IMG/VR virus record: IMGVR_UViG_3300009788_000096
Location: 31,403 to 95,402 of that record
Strand: one strand, 5' to 3'
DNA length: 64,000 bases
Origin: a virus
Below, piece after piece: positions 1 to 10,056 of the stretch. The first letter of the stretch is position 1; every line of letters starts with the position of its first letter. A program made the position numbers and the translations under genes. The notes beneath the pieces were generated by a model, which was not told the DNA's origin, searched no databases, and was given only the letters and a program-made list of their open reading frames with translations.

Positions 1-2
1 AT

Positions 3-2507
3 GCCGGTTTAAAACAATTGAAAGCTGGGCTCACCGGTATTCGTGGAGGTTTAAACTATGCTGTAAGAGGATTGTTCTCTTTAAAGGCTGCATTGGCTGG
101 CGCTGGTGTGGGTCTGCTCGCAAGAAGCTTTATTCAAGCTGCAAGTACTGCTGAGCAATACCGCACAAGATTGACTGTTTTACTCGGTTCGGTAAAAGAA
201 GGTAACCGTTTATTTGCGGAAATGACGGAATTTGCTTCAGGCGTAGCCTTTGAATACGAAGAAATCATGGGCGCTGCAACCGCGTTATCTGGTGTTATGA
301 AGGGTGGCGTTGATGAAGTAAAAGAATGGATGCCTTTAATATCCGACCTTGCTGCTGCTTCAGGTTTGGGAATACAGGAATCAACTACACAAGTTATCCG
401 AATGTATTCCTCTGGAGCTGCGGCAGCCGATATGTTTAGGGAAAGAGGCATATTGGCTATGCTCGGTTTTCAAGCTGGTGTTTCTGTTTCTGCAGAAGAA
501 ACCAGAAAAAGATTAATGGAAGCATTTGAAGATCCAGCTTCACGATTCCGTGGAGCAGCCGAATTGTTGTCCAGAACCTGGGGTGGTATGATGTCCATGA
601 TGTCAGATGCCTGGTTCCAATTCCGAAATACTGTTATGGAAGCTGGTGTGTTTGACTATATCAAAGCTGCCATCCAAATGATGCTTGACTTCTTTAAAAG
701 GTTAAAGACCGAAGGCAATATGGAAAAATGGGCAAAGAGTCTTTCTGATAATGTTATCGGTGCATTTGAAGTCATTATCAAAGGAGCTGCCCTTGTTGGT
801 GATGTATTCCGCGGATGGAAAATGATTTGGCTTAGCTTGAAAGTTGCCTTCGCTGCATTCGCACAATATCTCAATACTGGCCTTGCCTTCATTGCAGATA
901 TAATTGATTCTATCCGTGCGAAGATAAATGAACTTGGAGCGGACGCAGCAAAGATCGGGAAGATATTAAAATTTACTCCCGGTATGCAGGGCCTCGGTCT
1001 GTTGCTTGAACAATTGGAATCCAATAATGTTGAAATCGGAAAGATGGGTGACCAGTTAAGAGACAACGCAAAATTCTGGGAAGACATTGGCGATGAGTCC
1101 GGTGAAGCATTACTTGCAGTGGCCGGTCAGGAATCTTATTATAGTAAAGTGGATGGTTTGCTATCGAAGATTCGGTTAAAGGCCGAAGACTATCGCAAAG
1201 AAGTAGAGAAGGCAGGGACTGCACGACCAGCAACTGCTCTTGTTCCGGAAGCAAGTCTAAAAGCTTTAAGTGCATCTGCGGTGGCTCGCTTAAAAGCTAC
1301 GACCGCCCTCGCTTTAGCGGAGTTGAATGCCTTTTATAAACAAGGTGAGGTTGGGCTGGCAGAATACTTCAATAAAAGGGAATCACTTCTCACGGATCAA
1401 TACGAAAAGGAACTTGCTTTACTTCGGAAAAGAGAGTCATTAGTCTCTGCGGAAAAGCCTGAAGAGAAGTTAAAGATCCAAGATCAAATCTTCGCTCTTG
1501 AGAAGAAGTATAATATAGATCGTATTAAGTTACAAGACGATCGGGTCAGTGCGGAGAAAAAGGCGGCATCCGATATACTCGCGATTGATAGGGCATTAGC
1601 GGATATGCGGAAAAATATACTTATGGGGCCGGCTGCTTCGATGCAGGCAATGTTTGATCTGGAAGCAGAAGAGCTCGATCGCAGGCAACAAGAAGAGATT
1701 CAAAAACTTACTGACTTAAAAGCGCAAGAAGCAGATATCGAGGAAGCGTACAGATTGCAACAACTCGAGAGGGATAAGGTTCTGGCCAATCAGCGCTTGC
1801 GTGTGCAAGAAGCAACAATGGAAGGAATCAAAACAACTCTCGGTTTTATGGAGAGTGCGTTTGCTGATGCCTACGAAGCTTCTGGAGAATCCATCAAGGA
1901 ATTCTTTCTACTTCAAAAAGCTGCAGCAATCGCAACGACTATTATATCTACCTACGAAGCTGCACAAAAAGCATATTCTTCAATGGTTGGAATTCCCTAT
2001 GTTGGCCCTGCCCTTGGTATTGCTGCCGCCGCTGCCGCTGTCGCTGGAGGCATGGCGAGAGTCGGAGTTATTCTGGCTCAGAAAATGGCAAAAGGTGGTA
2101 TGGTTGAAGGGCATAGTCCAACTGCCACTTCTGATAATATTCCAATCAGCGCAACCGCCGGAGAGTTTATGCAGCCTGTTAGTGCGGTGAAGTATTATAG
2201 TAAAAGAGGAATGGAAGCGATTAAAAGTAAAATAATTCCTCGTGAAGTCATTGCTGCCTATGCTTCTAACATCCGTCCGCCTGCCCCGAATTATTCTCGT
2301 GGATTCCAAGCTGGCGGTCCAATTGGAAGCGCAGGTGGTGGCGATCAGGAAGCCGGAAAGACTCCGGGTGAAGCAATCAATGTTATCAATGTCCTTGATC
2401 CAAACTTGATGGATCAATACGTATCAACGGCTCACGGACAGAAGAATATCGTAAACGTAATCAGTCAAAATGCTTTTGCAGTAAAACAAATAATCGAAGC
2501 GGAGTAA
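3..2507 (+). CDS. Tail tape measure protein (5'-truncated by window edge)
   Basis: Frame is open from position 3. Tape-measure-type segment (EQYRTRLTVLLGS...FASGVAFEYEEI), long helical Ala/Lys/Glu-rich body, typical TMP C-terminus (AKGGMV...SDNIP...GEF). Lies upstream of tail-tip genes. Confidence 0.9.
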   Translation, partial: AGLKQLKAGLTGIRGGLNYAVRGLFSLKAALAGAGVGLLARSFIQAASTAEQYRTRLTVLLGSVKEGNRLFAEMTEFASGVAFEYEEIMGAATALSGVMKGGVDEVKEWMPLISDLAAASGLGIQESTTQVIRMYSSGAAAADMFRERGILAMLGFQAGVSVSAEETRKRLMEAFEDPASRFRGAAELLSRTWGGMMSMMSDAWFQFRNTVMEAGVFDYIKAAIQMMLDFFKRLKTEGNMEKWAKSLSDNVIGAFEVIIKGAALVGDVFRGWKMIWLSLKVAFAAFAQYLNTGLAFIADIIDSIRAKINELGADAAKIGKILKFTPGMQGLGLLLEQLESNNVEIGKMGDQLRDNAKFWEDIGDESGEALLAVAGQESYYSKVDGLLSKIRLKAEDYRKEVEKAGTARPATALVPEASLKALSASAVARLKATTALALAELNAFYKQGEVGLAEYFNKRESLLTDQYEKELALLRKRESLVSAEKPEEKLKIQDQIFALEKKYNIDRIKLQDDRVSAEKKAASDILAIDRALADMRKNILMGPAASMQAMFDLEAEELDRRQQEEIQKLTDLKAQEADIEEAYRLQQLERDKVLANQRLRVQEATMEGIKTTLGFMESAFADAYEASGESIKEFFLLQKAAAIATTIISTYEAAQKAYSSMVGIPYVGPALGIAAAAAAVAGGMARVGVILAQKMAKGGMVEGHSPTATSDNIPISATAGEFMQPVSAVKYYSKRGMEAIKSKIIPREVIAAYASNIRPPAPNYSRGFQAGGPIGSAGGGDQEAGKTPGEAINVINVLDPNLMDQYVSTAHGQKNIVNVISQNAFAVKQIIEAE

Positions 2508-2511
2508 AATC

Positions 2512-3786
2512 ATGCCATACCAAACAGGCGTAGTAACACAATTTTTAGGAGCAAACGGATTACTTCAGAAACTTTTAGATTTTATATCAGGAACGGAAGT
2601 AACTGGAGAAACTTTATCTAGCAGCGGAGTCTCATGGTCTGGGAGTTTAGCGAGCTCTCCTGTTGGACTTGGAAGGCTTGTTATTACCTATGAATTTTCT
2701 TCAGTTGAATATGAGGCTACAGATGATGGTTCCGGAAATATCACTGGAACAAATATTTCTGCCGGTACTATCAACTATACCAATGGAGCTTACAGCATTA
2801 CTTTTACTGGCACACCGGACGCAGCGCCAACTGCCGATTATATCCACGGAGTTCCCGGACAGGATTGGCGTGTAGAATTAAACCGAACCACCAGAGATGA
2901 TGGTGGTGATGGATATACGGAACCATGTCCGGGAGCAAAGGAAGTAGTGCTTTCAAATACAGGTCTATCAGGAGCGGAAGCAGTTATTGTTGGAATCAGG
3001 GAATGCTTCTATGTGACGGAAGACTTTTATAACTGGGACTTAAACGGTTATCTGAATTTTAACGCAGCGGGTGAATGGGATCAAAACGCAATCACTCATG
3101 GGATGCCTACGTATAGTTCTACATTCGAAAGTTTTTATCGCCATCCCGGGATGGCACTTCGTAATGATACAATGAACTATTGGTTCTATTCGAATCAGCA
3201 GCGTTTTATAGTTATAGTAAAGGTTGCATCTAACTATGAATCATGTTATCTCGGCTTTGGCAGGCGATTTGGTAATCCCGGCGATTATCCTTATCCATTG
3301 TTTATCGGTGGTTGTATTAGTGGAAACAGAATATCATCTGATACTACATTGTTTCATCAATTTTTTATTCAAATAAATCGTGCAGATAATAACTGCCAAG
3401 TTTGGACTGTGACTCCGGGAACGGATTATATGACTTGGATAGGACAATCAAGCGCAAACGCGGGTCAAAGAATACTGCCTTACGGTACATGGGGAGATCT
3501 GGGTGCGCTTAACCCAACAAAGAATGGCGAACGAATAATGACTCCCGTTTATATATGCCCATATAGTTCGTTACTCGGTTCGCTATATTATGATCTGGAT
3601 GAAGTATATCATATTGCGGGCATTGGCTTACAAAGTGAAGACTTGGTTAATTATGCTGGCAGTAGGTATCGGGTATTTCAAAATATATTCCGAACAACTT
3701 ATTTTGACTATATGGCAGTAAAGGAAGGTGCCGCAGTTTCAACAACGACAACCACGACAACCACGACAACTACGACTTCAACTTAA
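2512..3786 (+). CDS. Virion structural (minor tail) protein with C-terminal poly-Thr tag
   Basis: Directly after TMP; Gly/Thr/aromatic beta-rich; ends ...AAVSTTTTTTTTTTTTST*. Confidence 0.7.
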   Translation: MPYQTGVVTQFLGANGLLQKLLDFISGTEVTGETLSSSGVSWSGSLASSPVGLGRLVITYEFSSVEYEATDDGSGNITGTNISAGTINYTNGAYSITFTGTPDAAPTADYIHGVPGQDWRVELNRTTRDDGGDGYTEPCPGAKEVVLSNTGLSGAEAVIVGIRECFYVTEDFYNWDLNGYLNFNAAGEWDQNAITHGMPTYSSTFESFYRHPGMALRNDTMNYWFYSNQQRFIVIVKVASNYESCYLGFGRRFGNPGDYPYPLFIGGCISGNRISSDTTLFHQFFIQINRADNNCQVWTVTPGTDYMTWIGQSSANAGQRILPYGTWGDLGALNPTKNGERIMTPVYICPYSSLLGSLYYDLDEVYHIAGIGLQSEDLVNYAGSRYRVFQNIFRTTYFDYMAVKEGAAVSTTTTTTTTTTTTST

Positions 3787-3796
3787 GGAAAAGATT

Positions 3797-4765
3797 ATGA
3801 CTCTTTTAAATTATGCGTATTATGCAAATCCAACAAGTCATCACGATGTATTGACTAAGTTGAGGACTTTCGCTTTAGCACAAGGATGGACATCGGATTA
3901 TTATCATAGTGAAAGTGTCGAATGGGCCGCAACCGGTGGTTCTCCAGCTTATGACTTCATTGGTGGGGCCGAGTCTGCGTTGGGTCTTTGGTCTAATGGT
4001 CATGGTTTACAAGATTTAATTGTACGTTTTCGATGTACACAAAGTGGTGTGGATCCACAAAACGAAACGATGTATTGTGCTGGCATTCAGCCGGGAACGA
4101 GTCGAGTTCCCGATGGAGGTCAGTCTGCACAGCCGCATGCCCAAACAGGTTATTATACTCATTCAAGATATGCTACTCATTCAATGTCTCCCGGAACGAT
4201 GCATGGAGTTTGGTTCTTTGGCAATGCACACTTTATCTATATGGTTCTTGCTCCCGATTCTTCGTTTTGCACATTTCTTTTATTTGGAACCCCAAGCCTT
4301 TTTAAACCAACGGATAAGGGAGTTTATCTCGTTACGGGCGGCACTTACTTTGATTACTATGTCTATTGGTACGATGCATGGGGAGCTCAATCCAAGTACG
4401 CGCTTGCTCATGAAAGAACTGCAAACACAAGTTACTATAATAGTTGGGATGCGAATTATGATCGAAGGTTACCTACATGGCGTAATAGTACTTATGTTAA
4501 TGCCACAACTGTAATTTATAATACTTTATATTATGCCATTCAATTAAATTCATGGACTGGCAAACGAACCATGATTCAACCAATGGTTTATATGATGCGA
4601 TATCCTGATTCTGTTTACTATCCTCTTGGAACTTGGCCAGTTTTCTTAATCCCCTTTACTGGCCTTGGAATGGGAGACATATTGACTTATGGAGCAGAAC
4701 AATATATGGTTTTTCCAGATTCTTTTAATGTGAGACAAAACGGCATCGCATTTAGGATTGTATAA
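3797..4765 (+). CDS. Virion structural (minor tail) protein
   Basis: ATG at 3797 after AAGGA. The ORF-track extension from 3728 is only the +1 frame of the upstream Thr tract. Tail-module context. Confidence 0.65.
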   Translation: MTLLNYAYYANPTSHHDVLTKLRTFALAQGWTSDYYHSESVEWAATGGSPAYDFIGGAESALGLWSNGHGLQDLIVRFRCTQSGVDPQNETMYCAGIQPGTSRVPDGGQSAQPHAQTGYYTHSRYATHSMSPGTMHGVWFFGNAHFIYMVLAPDSSFCTFLLFGTPSLFKPTDKGVYLVTGGTYFDYYVYWYDAWGAQSKYALAHERTANTSYYNSWDANYDRRLPTWRNSTYVNATTVIYNTLYYAIQLNSWTGKRTMIQPMVYMMRYPDSVYYPLGTWPVFLIPFTGLGMGDILTYGAEQYMVFPDSFNVRQNGIAFRIV

Positions 4766-5850
4766 TGGGAGTCTCAAACGCATTACTCACACAATTTGAT
4801 CCGCAATTGTATGCAACCGATGCTTACAATAAAACCAAAACTGGAAGTAGAGTTTTAATAACGGATCCTTCAACTGCTTATAAGCAAACTGACTTTGGTC
4901 TGGGGATACGTGTAGGGCAGGGGTATGCGGATATTGCCAGGGTTCATAGTGCAATACTTCCTTTTTCTTTTGGCGATGATGTTATGTTTTGGAGAGTCTG
5001 GTTTGAACCTGTTCTTATAGATGCTGGTTTTATTGTTGAAGATAAAGAATATTATGTGAAAGTTTGGAATGCGCATCTCGATGTGACAGCTTCTATTACA
5101 GCAGTATCGTCAGTCAGTCCAGTGGGAACAACTATAACTCATGATCCGCTTCCTATAACGATTGGAAAGTTTGGAGATGAATGGATAACTATAAAGGTTC
5201 TTGAAGAAGGGCCTCCGGTACAAAATACTGTTTACGAATTCACAATCAATGCTGTTGACTATGAAACGGAAATAGATGGGATACGTGTTTCGCCATTTAT
5301 GTGGGAACCAAATTGGAATAAAAAAGTCAATGTCGAAATGCACTTTGATACGGCATTGGATAGAAATAAATACTTTGTCGAACAGCGTAGGCCATTGAGA
5401 CACAAGCCATATTATAAGTTTTCTTTTAGTGTTAATCCAAGTGGTGTAGATGCACAGAAGTTAAAACAGTTATTAGCTTATGCCCATGATAAGGTTTTGG
5501 GCCTTCCTTTGTTTAATGAGCAAGCACATCCAAGTCAAAGTTTTAATGGTTCGGCCACTATAGTATGTTCGAATGATTTAAGTAAATTTTGGAATCTTAA
5601 TAACCAAGCGACCTTTGTTGTAGTTGTAGATCATCAAGCATTGCAAGCGGAAATAAAAGAAATTGAATCCGTTGCTGCTGGCCAAATCGTTTGTACACTC
5701 CCAGTTTCGGATACTTTTACTTGGCAGTCAAGTGTCGTCTATCCGGTGGTTATGGTCATTGGAGAAAGCTTTGACTTCCGTCCGGAAAGTGATGATGTAA
5801 TTAACAGCAACCTAAGTTTCTCAGAATATGAAAGGTCAAGTGCTACATAA
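4765..5850 (+). CDS. Tail assembly/virion structural protein
   Basis: Coupled by TAATG overlap. EPNW...EQRRPLR motif resembles distal-tail-type proteins. Confidence 0.6.
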   Translation: MGVSNALLTQFDPQLYATDAYNKTKTGSRVLITDPSTAYKQTDFGLGIRVGQGYADIARVHSAILPFSFGDDVMFWRVWFEPVLIDAGFIVEDKEYYVKVWNAHLDVTASITAVSSVSPVGTTITHDPLPITIGKFGDEWITIKVLEEGPPVQNTVYEFTINAVDYETEIDGIRVSPFMWEPNWNKKVNVEMHFDTALDRNKYFVEQRRPLRHKPYYKFSFSVNPSGVDAQKLKQLLAYAHDKVLGLPLFNEQAHPSQSFNGSATIVCSNDLSKFWNLNNQATFVVVVDHQALQAEIKEIESVAAGQIVCTLPVSDTFTWQSSVVYPVVMVIGESFDFRPESDDVINSNLSFSEYERSSAT

Positions 5851-6464
5851 TGGCTGATAGTTTAGAAGACTTAGGAGGTTATAGTATTTTTCCAGTTGAA
5901 CCCAATTGGCTTCATAAACCCAGTATGAATCTTGAGCTTGCAAGAATACTGATGAAGTATACTGGTACTGCCGCGAAGTTATCTTCCTTTACGGATCATG
6001 TGCCAGAAGCATGGAAGTTGGGTTTTACTCCAAGTAAAGAAGATGAACATGACTTAATCGTTTTTTTCATTGCAAGGTATGGAAAGCATGGTGGTTTCTG
6101 GATAAAGATTCCAGCGCGGGAGTTTACACTTTACTCTAATTCCCTTAGTGGTTCAACGGAAATAAGGGTTGAAAATAATGGTGCTGAGCAACAGTATCAG
6201 GGATACGAAAGAATTTGGATAGACATGCACAGCAATGATATTTTAACCCGCAAGGTATTGACTACCACCAAGGAAGATGATTATCTTTCGTTGGGACTTA
6301 GTGTCTCTTTGGATAGGGACGTTACACCATCCACTCATTTTAAAATTTGTCGATTGCTCTTTTGTAGATTTGATGAAGATATGTTGAAGATGAGTTTTGG
6401 TCAGAACCAGTACCCCGACATAACACTTGCGGTACGCGAATTAGTTAGGGAATATCCAGCATGA
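5850..6464 (+). CDS. Distal tail protein-like (DUF2460-like)
   Basis: EPNW, FFIARYGKHGGFW and CRFDED motifs; position before the hub gene as in GTA/YuA-like tail tips. Confidence 0.55.
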   Translation: MADSLEDLGGYSIFPVEPNWLHKPSMNLELARILMKYTGTAAKLSSFTDHVPEAWKLGFTPSKEDEHDLIVFFIARYGKHGGFWIKIPAREFTLYSNSLSGSTEIRVENNGAEQQYQGYERIWIDMHSNDILTRKVLTTTKEDDYLSLGLSVSLDRDVTPSTHFKICRLLFCRFDEDMLKMSFGQNQYPDITLAVRELVREYPA

Positions 6465-7252
6465 CTTTAGCAACTGAATATCCTAAAGCAGAAATGGAGG
6501 CCATGCCGGAGATGTATGACTTCGAGTATGGAGGCACTCACGAAAGATTTACTTCTTGGTCACAGGATCTAACTTTCCTTGGATATACTTTCCATAATGC
6601 ACCAATTAAAAGAAGTGGTTTTTCTTTTGATAAAGAATTTACGAATGTTCGAGTAAACATAAACGCACCAGTAACCACTGGTTTCGAGCGATGGATTTCA
6701 AATGCTCCGTTGGAACCAACAGTGGTAACCATTTATCGCGGATTAAAATCTGATCTAACTGAATACACAATACTTTTTTCTGGGTGGATATTAAATGTTG
6801 GCTTTAAAGATCAGGTTGCATCTGCTACATGTGAGAGTAATTCGGGGATTTTAAATCACGTTGCCCCGCGAATCGTTTATCAGAGTTTCTGTAACCATGA
6901 GTTATTTGATTCATATTGCAAACTTGATGATTCTTTATATGAAGTCCCAGCAGTAGTAACAGTAAGCGGAGCGGTTTTATCAAGTGCTACGTTTGATAGT
7001 TTCGATGATGATTACTTCAAAATGGGAAGATGCAGATTTGGTCAAGATGAAAGATTAATAACAGATCATACGGGAGCGGACATAGCTCTTCATATGCCAT
7101 TTGATGCATCGCTCGTAAACGGCTCAAGTGTTATAGGTCTTCCGGGATGTGATGGAAGTCCTGACGTTTGTAAAGCATTTGATAATTTCGATGATAACTT
7201 TTTAGGCTTCGCTTATATACCGAGTAAGAATCCAGTAATTTGGGGTGTGTAA
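6461..7252 (+). CDS. Baseplate hub protein, BR0599/DUF2163 family
   Basis: YQSFCNHELFDSYC ... PGCDGSPDVC..FDN...FLGFAYIP, the Cys pattern typical of BR0599/GTA gp13-type hubs. Confidence 0.85.
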   Translation: MTLATEYPKAEMEAMPEMYDFEYGGTHERFTSWSQDLTFLGYTFHNAPIKRSGFSFDKEFTNVRVNINAPVTTGFERWISNAPLEPTVVTIYRGLKSDLTEYTILFSGWILNVGFKDQVASATCESNSGILNHVAPRIVYQSFCNHELFDSYCKLDDSLYEVPAVVTVSGAVLSSATFDSFDDDYFKMGRCRFGQDERLITDHTGADIALHMPFDASLVNGSSVIGLPGCDGSPDVCKAFDNFDDNFLGFAYIPSKNPVIWGV

Positions 7253-7755
7253 TGATTCCGGTTTTTGAAAATGAAAAACTGTGGGAGCATATGGAAAGTA
7301 TTCTTGCTTCGTGGCATAATACTCCTTACAAGCATATGGGGATGACGAAGCAAAGAGGTGCTGATTGCACAATGTTTTTGGCTTGCTGTTATAACGAAGC
7401 TGGAGTAATGGCAAATCTCTATCCGCCAGAATACTACCCGAGAGATTGGAACATTCATACCGGAGAAGAACTGGTGCGAAACAGTTTAATATACCATCTG
7501 CAAACAGGCTTGGCTAAAGGCTTTACTGCAGATATTTTTGAAAAGAAAGAAATTGAAAGAGAAGACTTTATTCGCGGCGATCTGCTTGGGTTCAAAACGC
7601 CAAGAAGTAAATGCACTAATCATACAGCCATGTGGTTGGGCAGAGATGATTGGATGGTGAATTGTATTCAAGGTGGGGGAGTTTGCGAATTAGAATGGAC
7701 ACGTGTTTGGAATAGACTTTTTACTACCGCATTTAGAATAATGGTTAAGGAGTAA
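7252..7755 (+). CDS. NlpC/P60-family tail-associated peptidase
   Basis: SWHNTPYKH...GADC catalytic Cys motif, GDLL, NHTAM His; lies between hub and central tail protein. Confidence 0.85.
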   Translation: MIPVFENEKLWEHMESILASWHNTPYKHMGMTKQRGADCTMFLACCYNEAGVMANLYPPEYYPRDWNIHTGEELVRNSLIYHLQTGLAKGFTADIFEKKEIEREDFIRGDLLGFKTPRSKCTNHTAMWLGRDDWMVNCIQGGGVCELEWTRVWNRLFTTAFRIMVKE

Positions 7756-7757
7756 TT

Positions 7758-10052
7758 ATGGGATTAGTACTCGCTGCTGTTGCTGTCGCTGTTATTATCG
7801 GAGGCGCAGCTCTCGCTTATATGTTCGCAGGCAAGGGCGGAGGGCAGCAACCCGATATGTCTCCTTCAACGATGGATGACATGGATATCACTCAGGCAGC
7901 GGAAGGTTCCGTTGTTCCTGTTGTATACGGTCGTGTCCGTTTGGCTGGAAATATTATATGGTATGAAAATTTAAACACTGTCGCAGAAACACAAGAAGTC
8001 GAAACAGGGAAAGGTGGTAGCGATGAAGAGGATGTGATAACAGGTTATCATTACTACCTTGATGTTTGGCAAGCGGTCTGTCGTGGGAAGATTTCTTGGA
8101 TTGCAACCTATGTCCAAGATGAACTTAAGAATGTCAACGCAACTTTGACTTTGAAAAATGATGGAACGCAGAATACTTTTCCTTCTGCTTTACAAATAAG
8201 TTTTGGTGATGATACTCCACCGGGAGAAAACGCAAATAAACTTCCGGGCATTGCTCACGTTTTTTATAGAAAACTATATCTCGGCTTAAATGCAACCAAT
8301 GCGCCAACGATCCATTTTATTGTTGAAAAAGATTTGACTGGCATCGGAGTGACTGATCCCGAGATTGCGAATGGTTCAAATCCACATGCCATTATTTATG
8401 ATATACTTCTTGAAGCTGGAGCTCTTTCTTCCCAAATAGATATAGATTCATTTAATGCAGCTGGTCAATATTGGAAAGATAAAGGTTATGGATTAAATCT
8501 AAAATTCACGAGGCAAAGTAAAGCGAAAGAGAAGATTGCTTTTATCTTGAAGATGCTTGGTGGTGCATTCGGTGTAAATCATGAAAACAAGTTTATTCTA
8601 AAAGCATTTGATGAAAACGATACTTCTTCTGCGACTATTAATACCGAAGATTGGTTGGAGTTTCAGTTCGCCAGAAGAACTTGGTTTGATACCTTTAATG
8701 AATTCCGTTGTAACTATGTAGACCAGAATCAACACTATAGTCAAAGGACTTTGATTGCGCGGAACCCTGCTAACACTGCATTGCAGGGAAAGAAGTCTTC
8801 GGTGTCAATTGACTTGTCTGGTTTCCGTTCGAAACTTACTGCTGCTAAACGCCTATGGGAGATAATGAAAAAGGAGAGTTATCCCTATGCGAAGATAAAG
8901 GGTTCAACATCTTTAAAGCTTTATGAAACCAATGTAGGCGACATTGTAACAATAAACAATAGCGAATACAATATTGCCGATGCTGAATTTCGTGTTGTCG
9001 TAAAAGATATTTCTGAAATTGATCAAAATAAAATCGGCTGGGAACTGGAGCAATTTAGCGAAACTCTTTTCGATGACTATTATGGCTCTGGTGGGTTTCC
9101 GGGCGGAGTTCGTCCTGTTACGGTTCCAGAGAAGCTTATCCATCAAGGCGTCTATGAAATTCCTTATAATCCAGCGACGGAATATCATAGAGTTTATTTA
9201 CTCTTCGCTGCAAGGGAGAATAACTTCGAGGCAGGGTTTGAAGTGCTCTTTTCTGCGACAGGAGTTGACTATACGAGTAAAGGTATTTTCAATGCATGGT
9301 CGCAGTACGGGACTTTAGATGAAGCATACACAATAAACACTTATACTATCGATGATGAAATAGGAATTTTATATACTCCATATCGGGATGATCCGCAATT
9401 CGCAACGGGAAGCAGAACCGATTTGTTTGTGATTGATCGATATCTTTTAATTGATGATGAGATTATGAAGTTCCAAACGGTTACGGCAGAAGGGCCAGGC
9501 AGTTATCGCTTGACTGGTGTGATTCGGGGTATGTTTAATACGATTCCCGCTACGCATGGTTCTGGTTCTTCAATTTGGTTATTCAATTTAAGTGCGAGTA
9601 GTATGTTACGCAATATCTCATCATCGGATTTCTATTTGAAATTTTTACCTTATTATAAGAGCAAGAAAGTCGATCCCGGTGATGCGACGGCGATTCATGT
9701 TACGACCGTTTATAATAGGGCAAAGCAACCTTGGATTCCAACTGCTATAAAGGCGGTCAGGAGTGGGTCTGATGTAACCCTCACTATTTATACTACAACA
9801 CAAACACGCGACGGCGCTGGTAAAGCTGGGGCTGCCTCACAAACTGATTATGTACCGACAAGTGTTGACGATAAGCTGGAAGTGTATGATAGTGACGAGG
9901 GATCCGGTGCCAGTCAACTATTAACAAGTGGCGCGGATTCAAGAAGTAATGCTGGAGCATTTACTTATTACGCAAGGCAAAAGAATGGAACCTTTACTTC
10001 AAGTTGGGTTTCGGTTTATGTTGATACTGCCGATGGAATATATTGGAGCTAA
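7758..10052 (+). CDS. Central tail tip / host-specificity protein (Phage-tail_3-like)
   Basis: EGSVVPVVYGRVRLAGNIIW, NPHAIIYDIL and LTGVIRGMFNT motifs. Confidence 0.85.
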   Translation: MGLVLAAVAVAVIIGGAALAYMFAGKGGGQQPDMSPSTMDDMDITQAAEGSVVPVVYGRVRLAGNIIWYENLNTVAETQEVETGKGGSDEEDVITGYHYYLDVWQAVCRGKISWIATYVQDELKNVNATLTLKNDGTQNTFPSALQISFGDDTPPGENANKLPGIAHVFYRKLYLGLNATNAPTIHFIVEKDLTGIGVTDPEIANGSNPHAIIYDILLEAGALSSQIDIDSFNAAGQYWKDKGYGLNLKFTRQSKAKEKIAFILKMLGGAFGVNHENKFILKAFDENDTSSATINTEDWLEFQFARRTWFDTFNEFRCNYVDQNQHYSQRTLIARNPANTALQGKKSSVSIDLSGFRSKLTAAKRLWEIMKKESYPYAKIKGSTSLKLYETNVGDIVTINNSEYNIADAEFRVVVKDISEIDQNKIGWELEQFSETLFDDYYGSGGFPGGVRPVTVPEKLIHQGVYEIPYNPATEYHRVYLLFAARENNFEAGFEVLFSATGVDYTSKGIFNAWSQYGTLDEAYTINTYTIDDEIGILYTPYRDDPQFATGSRTDLFVIDRYLLIDDEIMKFQTVTAEGPGSYRLTGVIRGMFNTIPATHGSGSSIWLFNLSASSMLRNISSSDFYLKFLPYYKSKKVDPGDATAIHVTTVYNRAKQPWIPTAIKAVRSGSDVTLTIYTTTQTRDGAGKAGAASQTDYVPTSVDDKLEVYDSDEGSGASQLLTSGADSRSNAGAFTYYARQKNGTFTSSWVSVYVDTADGIYWS

Positions 10053-10056
10053 TTAA